DNA of 64,000 nt from the human T2T-CHM13v2.0 reference genome, Homo sapiens. Location: assembly GCF_009914755.1 (NCBI RefSeq), contig NC_060925.1; one strand, 5' to 3'. Shown piece after piece: positions 11,859-25,862 of this stretch. The stretch's first letter is position 1. The number at the start of each line of letters is the position of its first letter. The translations under genes and the position numbers were made by a program. Under the pieces are notes generated by a model. The model was given only the letters and a program-made list of their open reading frames with translations. It made no database searches and was not told the DNA's origin.

Positions 11859-13193
11859 GCATTAAATTCTTCAATATTAAGAGCAGGCAGGAGAAGCCTG
11901 CTAGTGATAGTCTTGATGGTGATAAACTCCAGAACCTAAAGAAATACCATCACAGGCATAGCGATGTTCATTTTCCATACTTCTTTCCTCACGGACCAGC
12001 TACAAACATTTTGCAGACTGGTACCAGACTGCAGACTGCACTTCTCTCCAATATAAACCTCAGGGGATGTATGTTAAATAAATGGGTTTACAGCAGCTAT
12101 CTGCGTTATAACAACAAGATTAATCCCAGACCCTTCCTGCAGGTGGGGAAATGTTCTCCTATGAAAGATTTTCAGGCGAGACTGGAGTGTATAGGGAGGT
12201 CTAAGGTGAAGGAGAAGAAATGAGAAATTGAGAGAGTAAAATAAAGACACAGAGAGCAAGTAGGTGAAGTGCAGAGAGAGGCACAGAGAATACTCACTCA
12301 TAGGAAGAGGACTTGGGTACCACAGAAGCCTCGAGAGGAGAGAGTTTTAAGGCACTGATCGACACTGAGACATTTTGTTTCGTGTTAAAGGCTCATAAGG
12401 AATATTAGGTCTCATTAGTAGGAGCCTGTTGTCAAAATGTGAATAATTTATGTGAGATAGAACACATTCATAGTCATTTCCATCTTAGTATTGAGGTGTT
12501 CATCAATTCCCACATTAAGGATGGTGGACACGATGGGCAAATGTTGCCAGTTATTGGAAGAGGATGAGGCAAAACCAAAGACCTGGGAAGAGGGCCCTGC
12601 CTAGGTTTTCTCTACAGTGAAGGTCATGATGGGTGAGGGATGACAGGAGAGTACTATGAACATGATATAGCTAAAAAGCCTGGAAGACACGAAAAGAGGA
12701 GATGGAGAGATAAGGATGTGAACACATGCTTAGCCCGCCTCACAGCTTTGCACGTGCCTAGCCCAGGGAACAGCCTAAGAGGTTGATGCTTCAGTTATGT
12801 GCAGGTGATTTGAGCAGACACAGAGCTAAAACATAAGCAATCACAAAGGTTGCTATATCTGAGTTCTGCTCTTTCCATCCATCCTCTGCTAGGACATTTT
12901 TGATAAAAATAACCTAAAATATCTCAGACAGATACAGAAGAGATGATCACTATATTATCTGACTGGCCTTCACAGATTCAAAGTCCACTTCACAAATGCC
13001 ATATAGTAAGCAGTTGACCCAGAAATACAAAGACTGACTTGCTAAATCACCATTGCCCTTATCTGAGGAAAAACCTTGCTGGATATTAAACTGAGAGTAA
13101 ACCTGGGTCCCACAATTCATTCCATGGTTGAACAGTCTTACGAGTTAGAATTTGTGTCATTATGGTATTTTCACTCTGGAAAGTATCTATGGA

Positions 13194-13711
13194 TAGTGTG
13201 AGCATATTATTTATTATCCAAACCAAGACAATTGTGAAATTAAAGGGTGCTATTAATTACACTAAGATGGGCATAAAGCAGGATGATCCCAAGCAAACCA
13301 GGATGACTCCTAGAATGTATGTGTTTTAGTCTCTAAAGATGGTCCCCTCTCCATAGTCTATGCATACACTGCTCTTCTTGTCAAGAGATTGAATCTATTT
13401 CCCCTCCCTCGAATCCTGAACTGGCGGTGTGACTCGCTCTAACCAAGTGAATGCAGTGCAAGTCATACTGTGCTGTTTGTAGTCCTAGTGTAAGTGTGAC
13501 AGCTGCTGCTTTTACTCTCTTGCAACTCAGTAGCCATGCTCTAAAGAAGTCCAGGCCCTCAAGTGTTCAAGTACATGTGTGATCCCCAAACAAACTATGT
13601 GAAGAAGAACCACCCAGCTAAACTAGAGAAGCATGAGAAATAATACATTGTTGCCTTAAAACATTATCTTTTAGAATGGATTGTTATGTACCGATAGACA
13701 ACTGGTCACCC
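13194..13711. mobile_element. MER81-like hAT-Blackjack MITE, interrupted near its end by an MLT1 LTR
   Basis: tagtgtgagcatattatttattatccaaaccaagaca...aaaccagga; terminal ggtcaccct resumes at ~13704. Confidence 0.6.
13316..13703 (+). mobile_element. MLT1 (F/G-like) solo LTR
   Basis: aaagatggtcccc, atctatttcccctccctcgaatc, gaaccacccagct, ttgttatgtaccgatagacaact. Confidence 0.75.
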
Positions 13712-15099
13712 TCCTTATAGGTAATAGTTTACCATCCACATACAAAACTACTTAGACTAGTATTAGCCCATAAAAGCAACACATTCCATTTCCTCTCTAT
13801 TTGACAGTCCTTACAAGGGAAAATCCCAAGTGATCTGAAAACACAGTTGCTGCCAGATAGGTAAATCACATGACCTTGAACACAGGTAGCTACATTTACA
13901 AAGTGTCCCTTCAATGATTTCTTTAGATTTCAAAAGGAGAGGCCAATACACCAACATTTTCATTGACTTCTTTTTCTGTTATTTTTTTCTCTTTTCTGAT
14001 ATCTTTACCAAATGTTTTTGGATAACTAGAACACCTTTCGATCTTCAAGTATCTGTTTGCAAGCTTGGTATCTTAGCTGTTAAGTTGTTTGGAAAGTCAG
14101 ATAAATGTCTCTTACCCAGAGCTTTTTAAAATTCTTAGCAGCAAAGTCCCGAAAAATTTGCTCCTCAGCAACAACTGTGAGTCCTACTGGATGGTCATAA
14201 CATTCAATAAGATAATTGTGGCAGGGGGGAAATGGGGAGCAGAGAACAGCCTCTGCTGAGGCAGGAGACCCTCAGACTCTACCTATATTGTGCTTGAAGA
14301 AACAGCTAATAAAAACAGAACTCTGAAAGGCCATGGCAACCTATAGGAATCCTGCTTGACAAATCCCTCATAAGTAGAACAAAAGCAAGTTTAAGCACAG
14401 ATGTTTTTGCTATTGTTAGAATTTTCCAACCAGGGGTGCCTGACTTACGGAAGTTTTTATTATTTTGGTTAGCCAGTCTATAAAAAAGCAAAAGGAGCTA
14501 CAGAGGAATAACATTAATGAGTCCTAGTAGAATCTACATGCTGTCAGTGACCATCAAAAAGGTATCATTGTGTTAAGTGCATTGAGAAGAAGTAGTTTAG
14601 GATGTACATGTTTTGATCTTCCAGGCAAACGTCTATAGCATTATGTTTGCCAACCTGCCACCTTAATGTACAATTGTTACCTATCAATTATCCCAAAAAT
14701 TATCAGAGCAAAAGGCAATCTGGTAACTCTATCTATCGTGTATGTTCCCATTCCTTCTTACTATTATCTTCACTCCTAGGGCTTCTCTACAAGCTCAGTT
14801 CTTTCATCTGCTTTGGCCAGTGGGCCCTTGATCATTGGCAAAGTCACTTTATTCAGATAGCAAGGCATTTCATCCATGTGGCCTCTGAGTCTTGCAGTCT
14901 GGAAAACCAATAAGAATTGCTCTGTGATGTAGTTAGGAAAGAGGACATGGGCTATAGAGGCTCACAGCCTTGGGCTGAAGTGTGGGCTCTGCCACATGCC
15001 AAATGTGTGATCCTTGTGTTTTAAATCCAGATTTCTGCCTGGGGGCATTTTCTGGACAGCAGTGCAAGGAGGGGTTACCAAAGCAAAGTATAGCAATCA

Positions 15100-17365
15100 C
15101 AATGTGTCAAGGAGGCAAAAATGAGCTCAGGGAAGCAGAATCACCTAGAATTTATAGAGCAGATTACCAGACAGGTACAACTTAGAAAAAGAGGTAAATG
15201 AATATGTATAGGAGACCCCTTGAATCTGCTGCTGAAAAATATATTGTTACTACATAGGGTGAAAATCCCCAAAACAAGACAAATAACAACTAGGGGACTG
15301 TAAACTGAACAACTTTCAGAGCTCCCCCAATGCTAGAAAAAGTTCAAGTTCTAATTAGCCAAAATGGAGAGACTTGGTTCATTCAGTAGTGATTCCAGAA
15401 GTATCTCATCTAAGTAATAGAGCTAAATTAGCCTTAGAATTAAAACTACTCCATATCAGCCCTTTAAAATCTTAAAATAAGGTTTTAAAAAACCAAGCTG
15501 ATCTTCAATTAATGTAACTATCAGCCAGACCAGAAATCTATACTAATGAAAAGATGACAACAAAATCCAGACATTCAACAATGTGAGATTCACAATGAGC
15601 AGCACCCAGGCAAAATATACAAGACATGAAAAGAATCAGAAAACTATGACTGATAACCAGAAGGAAAACAAGTCAATAGAAATAGATGCAGAAATGACAG
15701 AGATGATAGAATTAGCAAACAAGGATATCAAAAACAGCTATTACAAATATGTCAAAAAATTTAAAAGAAGATATAGACATAAGAGATAAATGAAAGATAA
15801 CAAAAAAAGAACTAAATGAAACATCCCATTGAAAAATACATCTCAAATGGAAAATTCACTAGATAGAGTTACCAGAAGATTAGACACTACAGAAATAAAG
15901 TCTTGAAGACAGAGCAATATAACTGTCCCAAATGAAACACAGAGGGAAAACAACCCAGAATTGCAGTGACTATGACATTACATCAAGTAGTATAACATAT
16001 GTGTAACTGAAGTACTAGGGAGTGAAAAAAACATCTAAAGAAATAATTATCAGAAATTTTCAAAACTTGATAAAAGCAATAAACCCAGAGATCAACAAGT
16101 TCAACAAACCCCAAGCAGGGTAAACAAAAAGAAAACCACACCAAGGCACATCATAATCAAATTGCTATAAACAAGTGAAAAGAAGAAACATTTAAAAGCC
16201 ATCAGTGGAAGAAGGTACACCATACTCCAGGGGACTAAGGATAAGAATGGCCGTATATTTCATATCAGAAACAATGAAAACTAGAAGACAATATAATGTA
16301 GCTTTAAAGTGCTGAAAGAAAGAAATCTAGAATTATATACCCTATGAAAATATCCATCAAAAGTAAATGTGAAATAAAGACATTTTTAGAAAAACAAAAG
16401 AAAGTATTTCAGAATAAAGAAATAAAGAGCATTAGAAATGCTAAATACTTAGGTAAACATAAAATACTTATTTCATATTTTAATTTCTATAGAATATAGT
16501 TGCTTATAGAAAAAGCAGAAGTATATTGTGATATTTATAACATGTAGACATACAATATATGTCAAAAATAATACAAAGAAATAAGAGAAGGAAGTATATT
16601 GTTGTAAGTTTGCTATATTAAGCATAAAGTGGTAAGATGTTATTGGAAGCTGACAGTGATAAGTTAAAAATACATAAAGAAAATCCGAAAGCAAACATAA
16701 AAACAAATAAAATCTCAGCCTGGCAACATAAGGAGACCTTGTCTCCACAAAAAATAAAAAACTAGCCAAGCATGGTGGTGTATGCCTGTAGTCCAAGCTA
16801 CTGGGGAGGCTTAGGCAGGAAGATCACTTGAGCCTGGGAGGTCAAGGCTGCAGTGAGCCATGATTGCACCATTCCCCTCCAGCCCAGGTGACAGAATGGA
16901 ACCCAGTCTCAAAAAAAATAAATAAGTAAAATAAAATGAAGAAGTGTAGCTAATAAACAAACAATGGAGATAAAATGGAATATTCAAAAACAGCTAGCTC
17001 TTCAAAAAGAAGGCAGGAAAAGAAACAGAGAGAAAAAAGGACAAATAAAAAACAAACAGTAAGATGGTAGATTAAAATACAACCACATCAAGAATTACAT
17101 TAAATGTAAATGTAATTCTTCTAGCTACTCCAATTAGAAGGGAGACTTTATCACTCTGAATAAACGAAGGACCCAACAGTGTGCTGGTTACGAGAAATGC
17201 ACTTTAAATATAAGCAAATGAATAGGTAAAAATTAAAGGACAAAAATATATACCAGGCATATACTGATCAGAATAAAGGTAGAATAGCCATATTAATTGC
17301 AGACAAAACAGACTTCTGGACAAAATATACTCCTACAATAAAGATGATAATTTTATAAGGTAATC
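15100..17365 (+). mobile_element. Old L1M (L1M4/L1ME-type) 5'UTR-ORF1-start of ORF2, degraded
   Basis: A-rich; ORF1-like peptide in ORF 15583-15789 (EMTEMIELANKDIK); accaaggcacatcataatcaaattgct; ORF2-start-like aattacattaaatgtaaatg. Confidence 0.85.
16715..16935 (+). mobile_element. AluJ, 5'-truncated, inside L1
   Basis: Right arm gaggtcaaggctgcagtgagccatgattgcacc plus A tail. Confidence 0.9.
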
Positions 17366-17479
17366 ATCTTACGCAGTCTTTCTAATGTGGTAATAGAGGA
17401 GCTGAATGACAGCAAATGATGTTGAAGAAGTTGACTACAGGACTATATTATGTAGATATTTATGTAACATATTAATAAT

Positions 17480-18010
17480 TGCTATTTTATGTGCAACAAG
17501 AAAGGTGTTAAAAAGTTGTAAGCAAGAGCATGATTTCATTTACATTTTAAGAAAATCTCTCTGAGTGTAGAAAGGATTTGGGGGAAAACAGATCAAAGCA
17601 AGGAGTCCAGTTAGAGCTGTGGCAGAAGTCTCGACACAGGAGGAGGATTTGGATGAGAGTACTGACAGAAAAGATTAAGTGAAGAAGGCAGATTCAATAC
17701 CATTTTAATTGTTTGAAAGGCACAACATTTTATTGATTGGGTATGGGGTTCAGGGAGGTGTAAAAAATGTCACAGGCTTCTGGTATAAATAATTAGATTT
17801 TAAATGGTGCCATTCTCTGAAATGGGAGAAGGTTAGAAGATGAGCAGTTTAATTCTGAGACATTCAAATGGAAATGGTAAGCAGGCAAATAAATGCATAA
17901 GCCAGAGGGATCAAAGAAAAAGAAGAAAATAAAATTTAGAAGCCATCAGTATGGAAATGGTGTTTAATCCAGGAAGTGGATGAATTTGCCTAGGAAGAGA
18001 ATGACTGAGT
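17480..18010 (-). mobile_element. L2 LINE fragment
   Basis: L2 antisense motifs atttacattttaagaaaatctctctg, ggtgccattctctgaaatgggaga, gagccatcagtatgga. Confidence 0.65.
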
Positions 18011-18019
18011 CATGGAGCA

Positions 18020-19345
<1,326 letters not shown>

Positions 19346-19363
19346 ACTAATGTTGAAGTCTTT

Positions 19364-19857
<494 letters not shown>

Positions 19858-20079
19858 AGTGTTGAAGTCTTTGAGAGCCCTAACAAATGACAGCACTTTA
19901 CCCTGTCTTAATTCTGGACAAACTGAGAAATTAAATAAAGGAGTGGAATCTAGAGGTCAAAACAATTTTATTTCTGGTTAAAATTTAGTTGTCATACATT
20001 GCTTAGTGAGAGAGCCAAATGGGTCTGCTAACAGGACCACAGATGAAGACAGGTGAGGAAAAGCACAAGACATGCCTGG

Positions 20080-20476
20080 GATACAACAGCTACACTGGGT
20101 TGCCGTCTTTGAACACAACAAGCTCATTCCTACCTCAGGGACTTCGTGCTTGTGGCTCCTTCTTTGGCTTATGAAATAACCTTTTGCTAGATATCCGTGG
20201 ACTGGCTGCTTCTCATTATTCATACATATAAGCTCACCTGTGATCTCCTCGCAGAGACCTTAACTTAAAGTGGGCCACCCTATCCTCGCCACCATGATCA
20301 CAATTGCAAATTATCTTATTTATTTACTTATTTGAATAGTTATGTCATGGCTAATTGTCTTCCATTAAAATATAAATTCCATTAGAACACAGGCCTGTCT
20401 TGCTGATCAGTTTGTCCCCAGAACAGTGCCTGACGCAGAGTAAATGTTCAATACATATTCACTGAATGAATGAGGG
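20080..20476 (+). mobile_element. L2 3' end
   Basis: agaacagtgcctgacgcagagtaaatgttcaatacatattcactgaatgaatg. Confidence 0.8.
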
Positions 20477-20482
20477 CTCCCC

Positions 20483-20714
20483 CTGAAATGAACAGAGGAT
20501 GCACTGAGAGTGCCTAGAAGGGTCGACAGTTCGGGGGAGTCAGGGAGGGCTTCCTAAAGGATGTGAAGGGGGTGATTATTAGGTGGGAACTTGGAGAATG
20601 AGTAGGTATGAACTAGGGTGACCTTTGACTCAAACTGAGAAAAAACGGGGAAAGGACCTTCCAGAGAGCAGAAATACAAAGCCTTTTTTTTTTTTTTTAA
20701 TCTGAGAAAGAAAA
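20483..20714 (+). repeat. Source copy of the inverted duplication
   Basis: Reverse complement of 19364-19599; continuous with flanking L2-like sequence, so probably the original. Confidence 0.9.
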
Positions 20715-21090
20715 TGGCCCTTTTGTTAGGGACAGAGCCCAGTAGTCCAACTCAGATTCAGAAGCAAAAGAGGAACAAAAGTTAAGGCTGGAAATGCAAG
20801 CCAGGGGTAAGATCATCAAGGAATTTTATGCCAAATTCAGGCATTTTGATTTTATCTTACGGGGAATAGGAAACTACTGAAGGAGTTAAGCTTGGAAGTA
20901 AATGATCAGATTTATGTTTTAAAATGGTGACATATCCCTAACACCTAATGCAGTCTGTGGCCAGAATAATTCCTCAAAAAAACCAGTAAATGAACTTTTT
21001 GTGGAGAATGGATTTGAGAGGAGCAATATTAGAGGCAGGTGGACCAGCAGGGAGGCTGCTGCAGCCACTCAGGTGAGAAATGATGACTGG
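20500..21090 (-). mobile_element. L2 fragment, antisense
   Basis: ggagtcagggagggcttcc, atgatcagatttatgttttaaaa, ggaggctgctgcagccactcaggtgagaaatgatg. Confidence 0.65.
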
Positions 21091-22679
21091 CTTCTCCAAG
21101 TGCCCCTGGGGTGGTGGTGGACAGTATTGCTACATCCGCCTGCAAAGGTTGCTTCTCACCCTTCACCCCGATGGTCAAGACATGCAATCTTCACCCTGCA
21201 GGTATCTTCACGGTTTTTCAGAAGAGCAAAAGTCACCATCCTAATTCTACACTTTCAAAATGTCTCCCTGATTACCCCCTTTGCACTTAGGGAAATCACA
21301 AAGCAGAGAGCCTCCTCATCTAGAGGAAAGCATAGGGGTCCCTTGTCTCAGAATCATCAAAGTCTCTTTTTCAGATTTCTGCAACCCAACCATTAGCACA
21401 GCCTATGAGCACGTCCCTTCTTTCAAACAAAGGCGTGAAAAAGAAACGGCAACAACCACTCAAATGAATCTTTTGGCAAATGTACGGATTCTGATTTTTC
21501 CTCAAGGAGAAGGGCTCATTAAGTATAAGACCCTGCATTCAGCCCTGGCCCATATTTACTAAAAACTAAACTGGAAAAAAAAACTCTACAAAGCCAGCTC
21601 CAGAAAGAGAGAAGTCCATCCCATGTGGAACTACAATCCTGGAAATTGAATGTTTAATTCATAGAGTAAATTACAAGAGATTACTTGTACAAGTAGCTGC
21701 AATGTCCTTAAAATTATTCTTTAACTGAGGAAAAGTTTTTTGACCTTTGGAGAAAATGCTTGCTTCTAGCTATGACTAAAAAGAGATTTCCTTCTTTCTC
21801 TGTTGTGTTAAGAATCTTTTCTTCTTATAAAGAAGGCACCACAGTGATTTATAACTGTCATAAAAGCCTGGAATCCTTTTGAGGTTAAGCTACTCAGCTA
21901 TTCAACTTTTACTACAGAAACTTTGAAATTCAAAAAGAAAAAATAATGTAAGTTTTTGAAGGACATGTGTTGCTGTAGGTGATCCTGTTAATTAAAAGTG
22001 ATTGCCTGCTAGGAAATCATACTTTAAAAAGTTTCATGAATTTATTAGAACCCTGAAGGTATCTTTGTATGCACAGAGCTTTACATGCCATTTATGCAAT
22101 TTTGTTTCAGATCTGCTTAAAGCCTTGCTGACACTCCCAGAGCAGCGAACAGCTCTGCTAGCATGCGTATGTGTTTTGGCTAATTGAATTATGTGAAAAT
22201 ACTTACTAATGAAGCGTTAGCAGAGGTGTTTGCTGTGTAGACTCCACGTCTAATTTCTTCTAAATTAGAAGCATCTTTTTTCAGCAGATTAATGTTTTAG
22301 GAAAGGCTGCTTTCTCATAGAAAAAAATAGCACATTGTCTAATATTGTGAGCCACTTTTGCCTGCTAAAAAGCTCTCTGCACACCTGATGTGCACATTGT
22401 ATGTGACAAATCTAAAAAGCATTTTAAATAATAAATTTTTAAAATGCATTACTCTGGAAAGACCAATGATGTGTAATTATCCAATCACATTAATGAACAA
22501 ATTATTAATCTTCTCTTAAAACATTTGGTGTTTTTCTCCCCCTTTAATACACTTTTAAGAATGATTGTGTTTGGTTTGGTTTGGGTTTAATGAGGATTAT
22601 TCTTTAATGGTCCTATTTGGATTATTTTTCAGCGTGTCTATTTGGAAACATTACCTCGTAACATTTGCTGCTGTAATTC

Positions 22680-23300
22680 TGCGATCCCCTGACGCTGGTA
22701 TTTGAGAAACACACTCTGGAAACGCTGTGGTTGTTTTTCACAGGAACCCAGGGAGCTATCAAAGTCGGAGAACGTGCCTCTGTTTGCAGGAGAGGTGGGC
22801 AGGCAGCGAGATCCCCGCGCACCGCTCGCTCGGGCTGCGGGCAGGCAGCAATCAGCTAATTGCCTAATCGGAGTGGGGAGCTGGTGCCCGCTCGCCGCGG
22901 TCGCCTCGCGGGTCACAGACAAGAGAGCGGCTTGTTTTCTCTCTGTCACATCGTCGTCTTGAACCGTGTGGTCTGTTGCAGGGGAAGGGGCCGAGCTGGA
23001 GGAGCGAGCGGGCGGGCGGCGCTTGGCACATCCCGAAGAACGCTGCCTCGGTTGCCTGCGAACGCTCAGGGCAGGCGCCAAGGGGGCTTCAGGGGGACAG
23101 GAGCCCGTGAGAAAACTTAGCTCGCCGCGCTCTGCTCAGCTCTACCCGGCTCCGCTCTCAGGCGTGTGCTCAGAACACACCGAGATCCTTTAGAAATAAA
23201 TGTAATCGAGACTAATCTGGAAATCGTCCCTGCAGCCAAAACATCGGATGCTTATAAAATAGTTTGAGGGACAAGCGATGCAAAGCAATCGATGGGGGGG
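22680..23300. promoter_or_regulatory. CpG island (orphan; candidate promoter or enhancer)
   Basis: About 37 CpG in 22801-23160 and about 50 in 22681-23310 (hand count), GC-rich, not repeat-derived; GC box gggcgg at ~23010. Confidence 0.85.
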
Positions 23301-23306
23301 AAACGT

Positions 23307-23480
23307 TACATATATATGCATATATACACATATGCACACAGCACACGCACACAGTACACACACACAGCACACACCACACATACATATAAAGGTTGCATGT
23401 ATACACACACAGTATATATGCTATACAATTACATACATAGGATATAAATTACACACATATGCTATAAAATTATATGTGTA
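23307..23480. repeat. (CA/TA)n low-complexity repeat
   Basis: tacatatatatgcatatatacacatatgcacacagcacacgcacac... Confidence 0.85.
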
Positions 23481-23929
23481 AATGTTTGTATCTCCATGTA
23501 TGTAATTTGTGTGACTAAAGAGAAAATTATTCTTTAACAAAAGATTAATATCTTTTAGAAGTGGTGTGATTCAGGTAGGACCATGAAGTCTGGCACAGAA
23601 AAGTTGCTCTTCAGTTTGGGGCTAGAGCTACCAATCCCAGACACTGCCACAGGTCTCAGTTTTCACTGTTTCCCCCTCAGGGAGAGCAGAGCGACTTCTA
23701 CGAACCCCACACCCCTTATCTCCACTGCCTCCGAGAGTTCCCAGGCCAGCGGGCGTCTCCATTGCTGCCGTTTTCCATGGTTACACATCTATGCCATGTC
23801 ATTTACACTTCAGTACATCCTTACCGCAATGCTTTTGCCTCCCTGGCTGGGGTTTTCCCATAAATCCCCATCTTTTATTTTTCTAGTACAGTTCTGTTTT
23901 CATATATTTTATAAAGGTACTAAGCCAGG

Positions 23930-24090
23930 GATCAAAAGAGTTCAGGTCAGATTTCCTATTCTGCCACACACTAGTCGTGGGTTCTTGTTTATGTCACTAA
24001 CCTGCCGTCAGTCTCAGTTTCCAAATCTGTGAAGTGAGCCAAAAAAATACTTGTCCTCTCTACCTCACAAGGTAGTTGAAATGATCAAAT
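23930..24090 (+). mobile_element. MIR fragment
   Basis: gtctcagtttccaaatctgtgaagtg...ctacctcacaaggtagttg. Confidence 0.7.
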
Positions 24091-24109
24091 GCAGACTGTC
24101 AGCCAGGAA

Positions 24110-24535
24110 AATGGGTCTGGCCTTGGGACACAGACTCTGAGGCTCTTGGGAAGCCGACTCTGAGATGGAGGTTAGCTTGCAGGTGTTTATTCGAGAGGTC
24201 TTGGAATCAACATCTAGGGAAAAGAAGGGAAGGGAAGCAGAAACGGGCAGAGGGAGAAGTTGAGTTGTGACCCAGTTTCGATGCCATCCTCAAGCCATCC
24301 TACTTGGAGCTCTGAAGCCAGAGTGACTCTTCAGAGTTGCTCCAAGTTGACATGAGGAGACCATACCTTTATCCTCCTATTTTGAGCCATTGGATTCAGG
24401 CTCTCCCAGGGAAGAGTTTCTTCTGCAGAGGCAATTCCCTAGAAGCAGATGACAGCCTGGGGTTTTCCAGCTAAAGAAATTGGTCCTCTCTTCCTAAAGG
24501 GGATGTGGGTGGCACCCATGTCAATATCCACCACA
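24110..24535. mobile_element. ERVL-class LTR (LTR33/LTR16-like)
   Basis: gactctgagatggaggttagcttgcaggtgtttatt...gggcagagggagaagttgagttgtga...atccaccaca. Confidence 0.65.
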
Positions 24536-24550
24536 CTGATCTTTTGCTTT

Positions 24551-24598
24551 TGCTTGTTTACTTTCTGGAATATGCTTGTTTACTTTCTGGAATATGCT
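24551..24598. repeat. Perfect 22-bp tandem duplication
   Basis: (tgcttgtttactttctggaata)x2 plus tgct. Confidence 0.95.
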
Positions 24599-25219
24599 AG
24601 GTGTGGACTGCCATTGCTGAGACTCGAACTTTACTTCCATAGCTTGCAGCTATGTAATACTCTGTCCACTCACCTACCCAGTCCAGGCTCCTGGACTCTA
24701 GCCCAAATCAGAGCCCAGGCCCTTTATGTACCCATTAAAGGAAGTCAGACACTACGAATCTTCCATGTTGCCTTAAGCAAAGTCACTCAACATCTCTTCA
24801 ACTATAAAACAAGAATCTTCTTTCCAAACTAGCCTCAAAATAATTGGTTTCTATAATCAAACCAGGCAATGGGAACATATGCCATATGTGTGTGTGTTCA
24901 TGTATGTGTTTTTGTGTCCATTTCATGTATGTATTCACTAAGTACATAGGTAGATGGATAGATGTGTCCCATAGCTTGGTTGAATTCTACAAAATAGTCC
25001 ATGGTCTATCTGTACACCCATGTTTCATGTTTGTGTCTTTGGGGAACAGAGTCATTATCATGTAATAACTAATAGAATATTTACCAAGGATTTTTGATAA
25101 ACATTATAGCATATGAGCTAAAGCCTAGTAGTCTAACTGGTATATAGCAGTTTCTCTAATAGATGTCAGTAACCTACTGTCTCACCTGCTAAACACTTTA
25201 AACCTATGTCTAGTACCAG

Positions 25220-25325
25220 TTTTCATTCATTCATCCAACAAGTATTGAATGCTTACTATATGTCAGACGCTGTCCCAGGCACCAAAGATGGGATTATAAC
25301 TAATGCATAGTTCTTGCCCCAAGCA
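25220..25325 (-). mobile_element. L2 3' end, antisense
   Basis: ttcattcattcatccaacaagtattgaatgcttactatatgtcagac. Confidence 0.7.
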
Positions 25326-25494
25326 GCAATCAGATGCCTGAATGCAAATTCAAATACGATCATAAAAAGACAACATTAGGCTGTATACAGAATAACTGTC
25401 TTCTTTTTAATAATATGTTTTTAGTGATGTATCTCTTTAAAGATGCTCAATGTTTTTCATTCTAAGTCTAGGGAAATTGATTTTAATGTTTTTA

Positions 25495-25862
25495 ACTTTT
25501 TTTTAATTGACTCATAATAATTGTACATATTTATGGGGTACATAGTGATGTTTTGATACATACAGTGTGCAGCAATCAAATCAAGGTAATTATCATATCT
25601 ATCACCTCAAACATTTATCATTTATTTGTGTTAGGAACACCAAAAATTATCTCTTTTAGCTATTTGGAAGCATATAATAAACTATTGTTAACTATAGTCA
25701 TCCCACTGTGCTAGAGAACACTGGAACTTATTCCTCCTATCTAGCAGTAATTTTGTAGCATTTAATCAATCTCTCCGTCTCCCCCCTCCTCCAACACTTC
25801 CCAGCCTCTGAGAAGCGCTATTCTACTCTCTTCTTCCACGAGATCAACTTTTTTAGCTTCTA
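25495..25862 (-). mobile_element. L1MA 3' end
   Basis: aattgtacatatttatggggtacatagtgatg...gagatcaacttttttagcttc. Confidence 0.88.

Larger units (their letters stand above)
7159..11960 (-). mobile_element. hAT-Tip100 family (Zaphod-like) DNA transposon, decayed, carrying nested insertions
   Basis: Left end resembles Tip100-family termini (caagggcacccc...ggcccacataccat); interior carries hAT transposase motifs on the minus strand; right boundary uncertain. Confidence 0.75.

Noticed and set aside
11558-12223. Longest ORF (221 aa)
   Set aside because: The N-terminal half is antisense AluJ translation and the rest is decayed transposon or unique DNA with no recognisable domain
15583-15789. ORF with L1 ORF1-like peptide
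   Set aside because: Short remnant inside a heavily degraded L1M; not a functional gene
23074-23090. CTCF-like sequence in the CpG island (cgccaagggggctt)
   Set aside because: Several mismatches in the core; too weak to call
22638-23193. Overlapping Arg/Ala/Gly-rich ORFs in the CpG island
   Set aside because: Expected from stop-codon scarcity in GC-rich DNA; no domain or exon structure recognised
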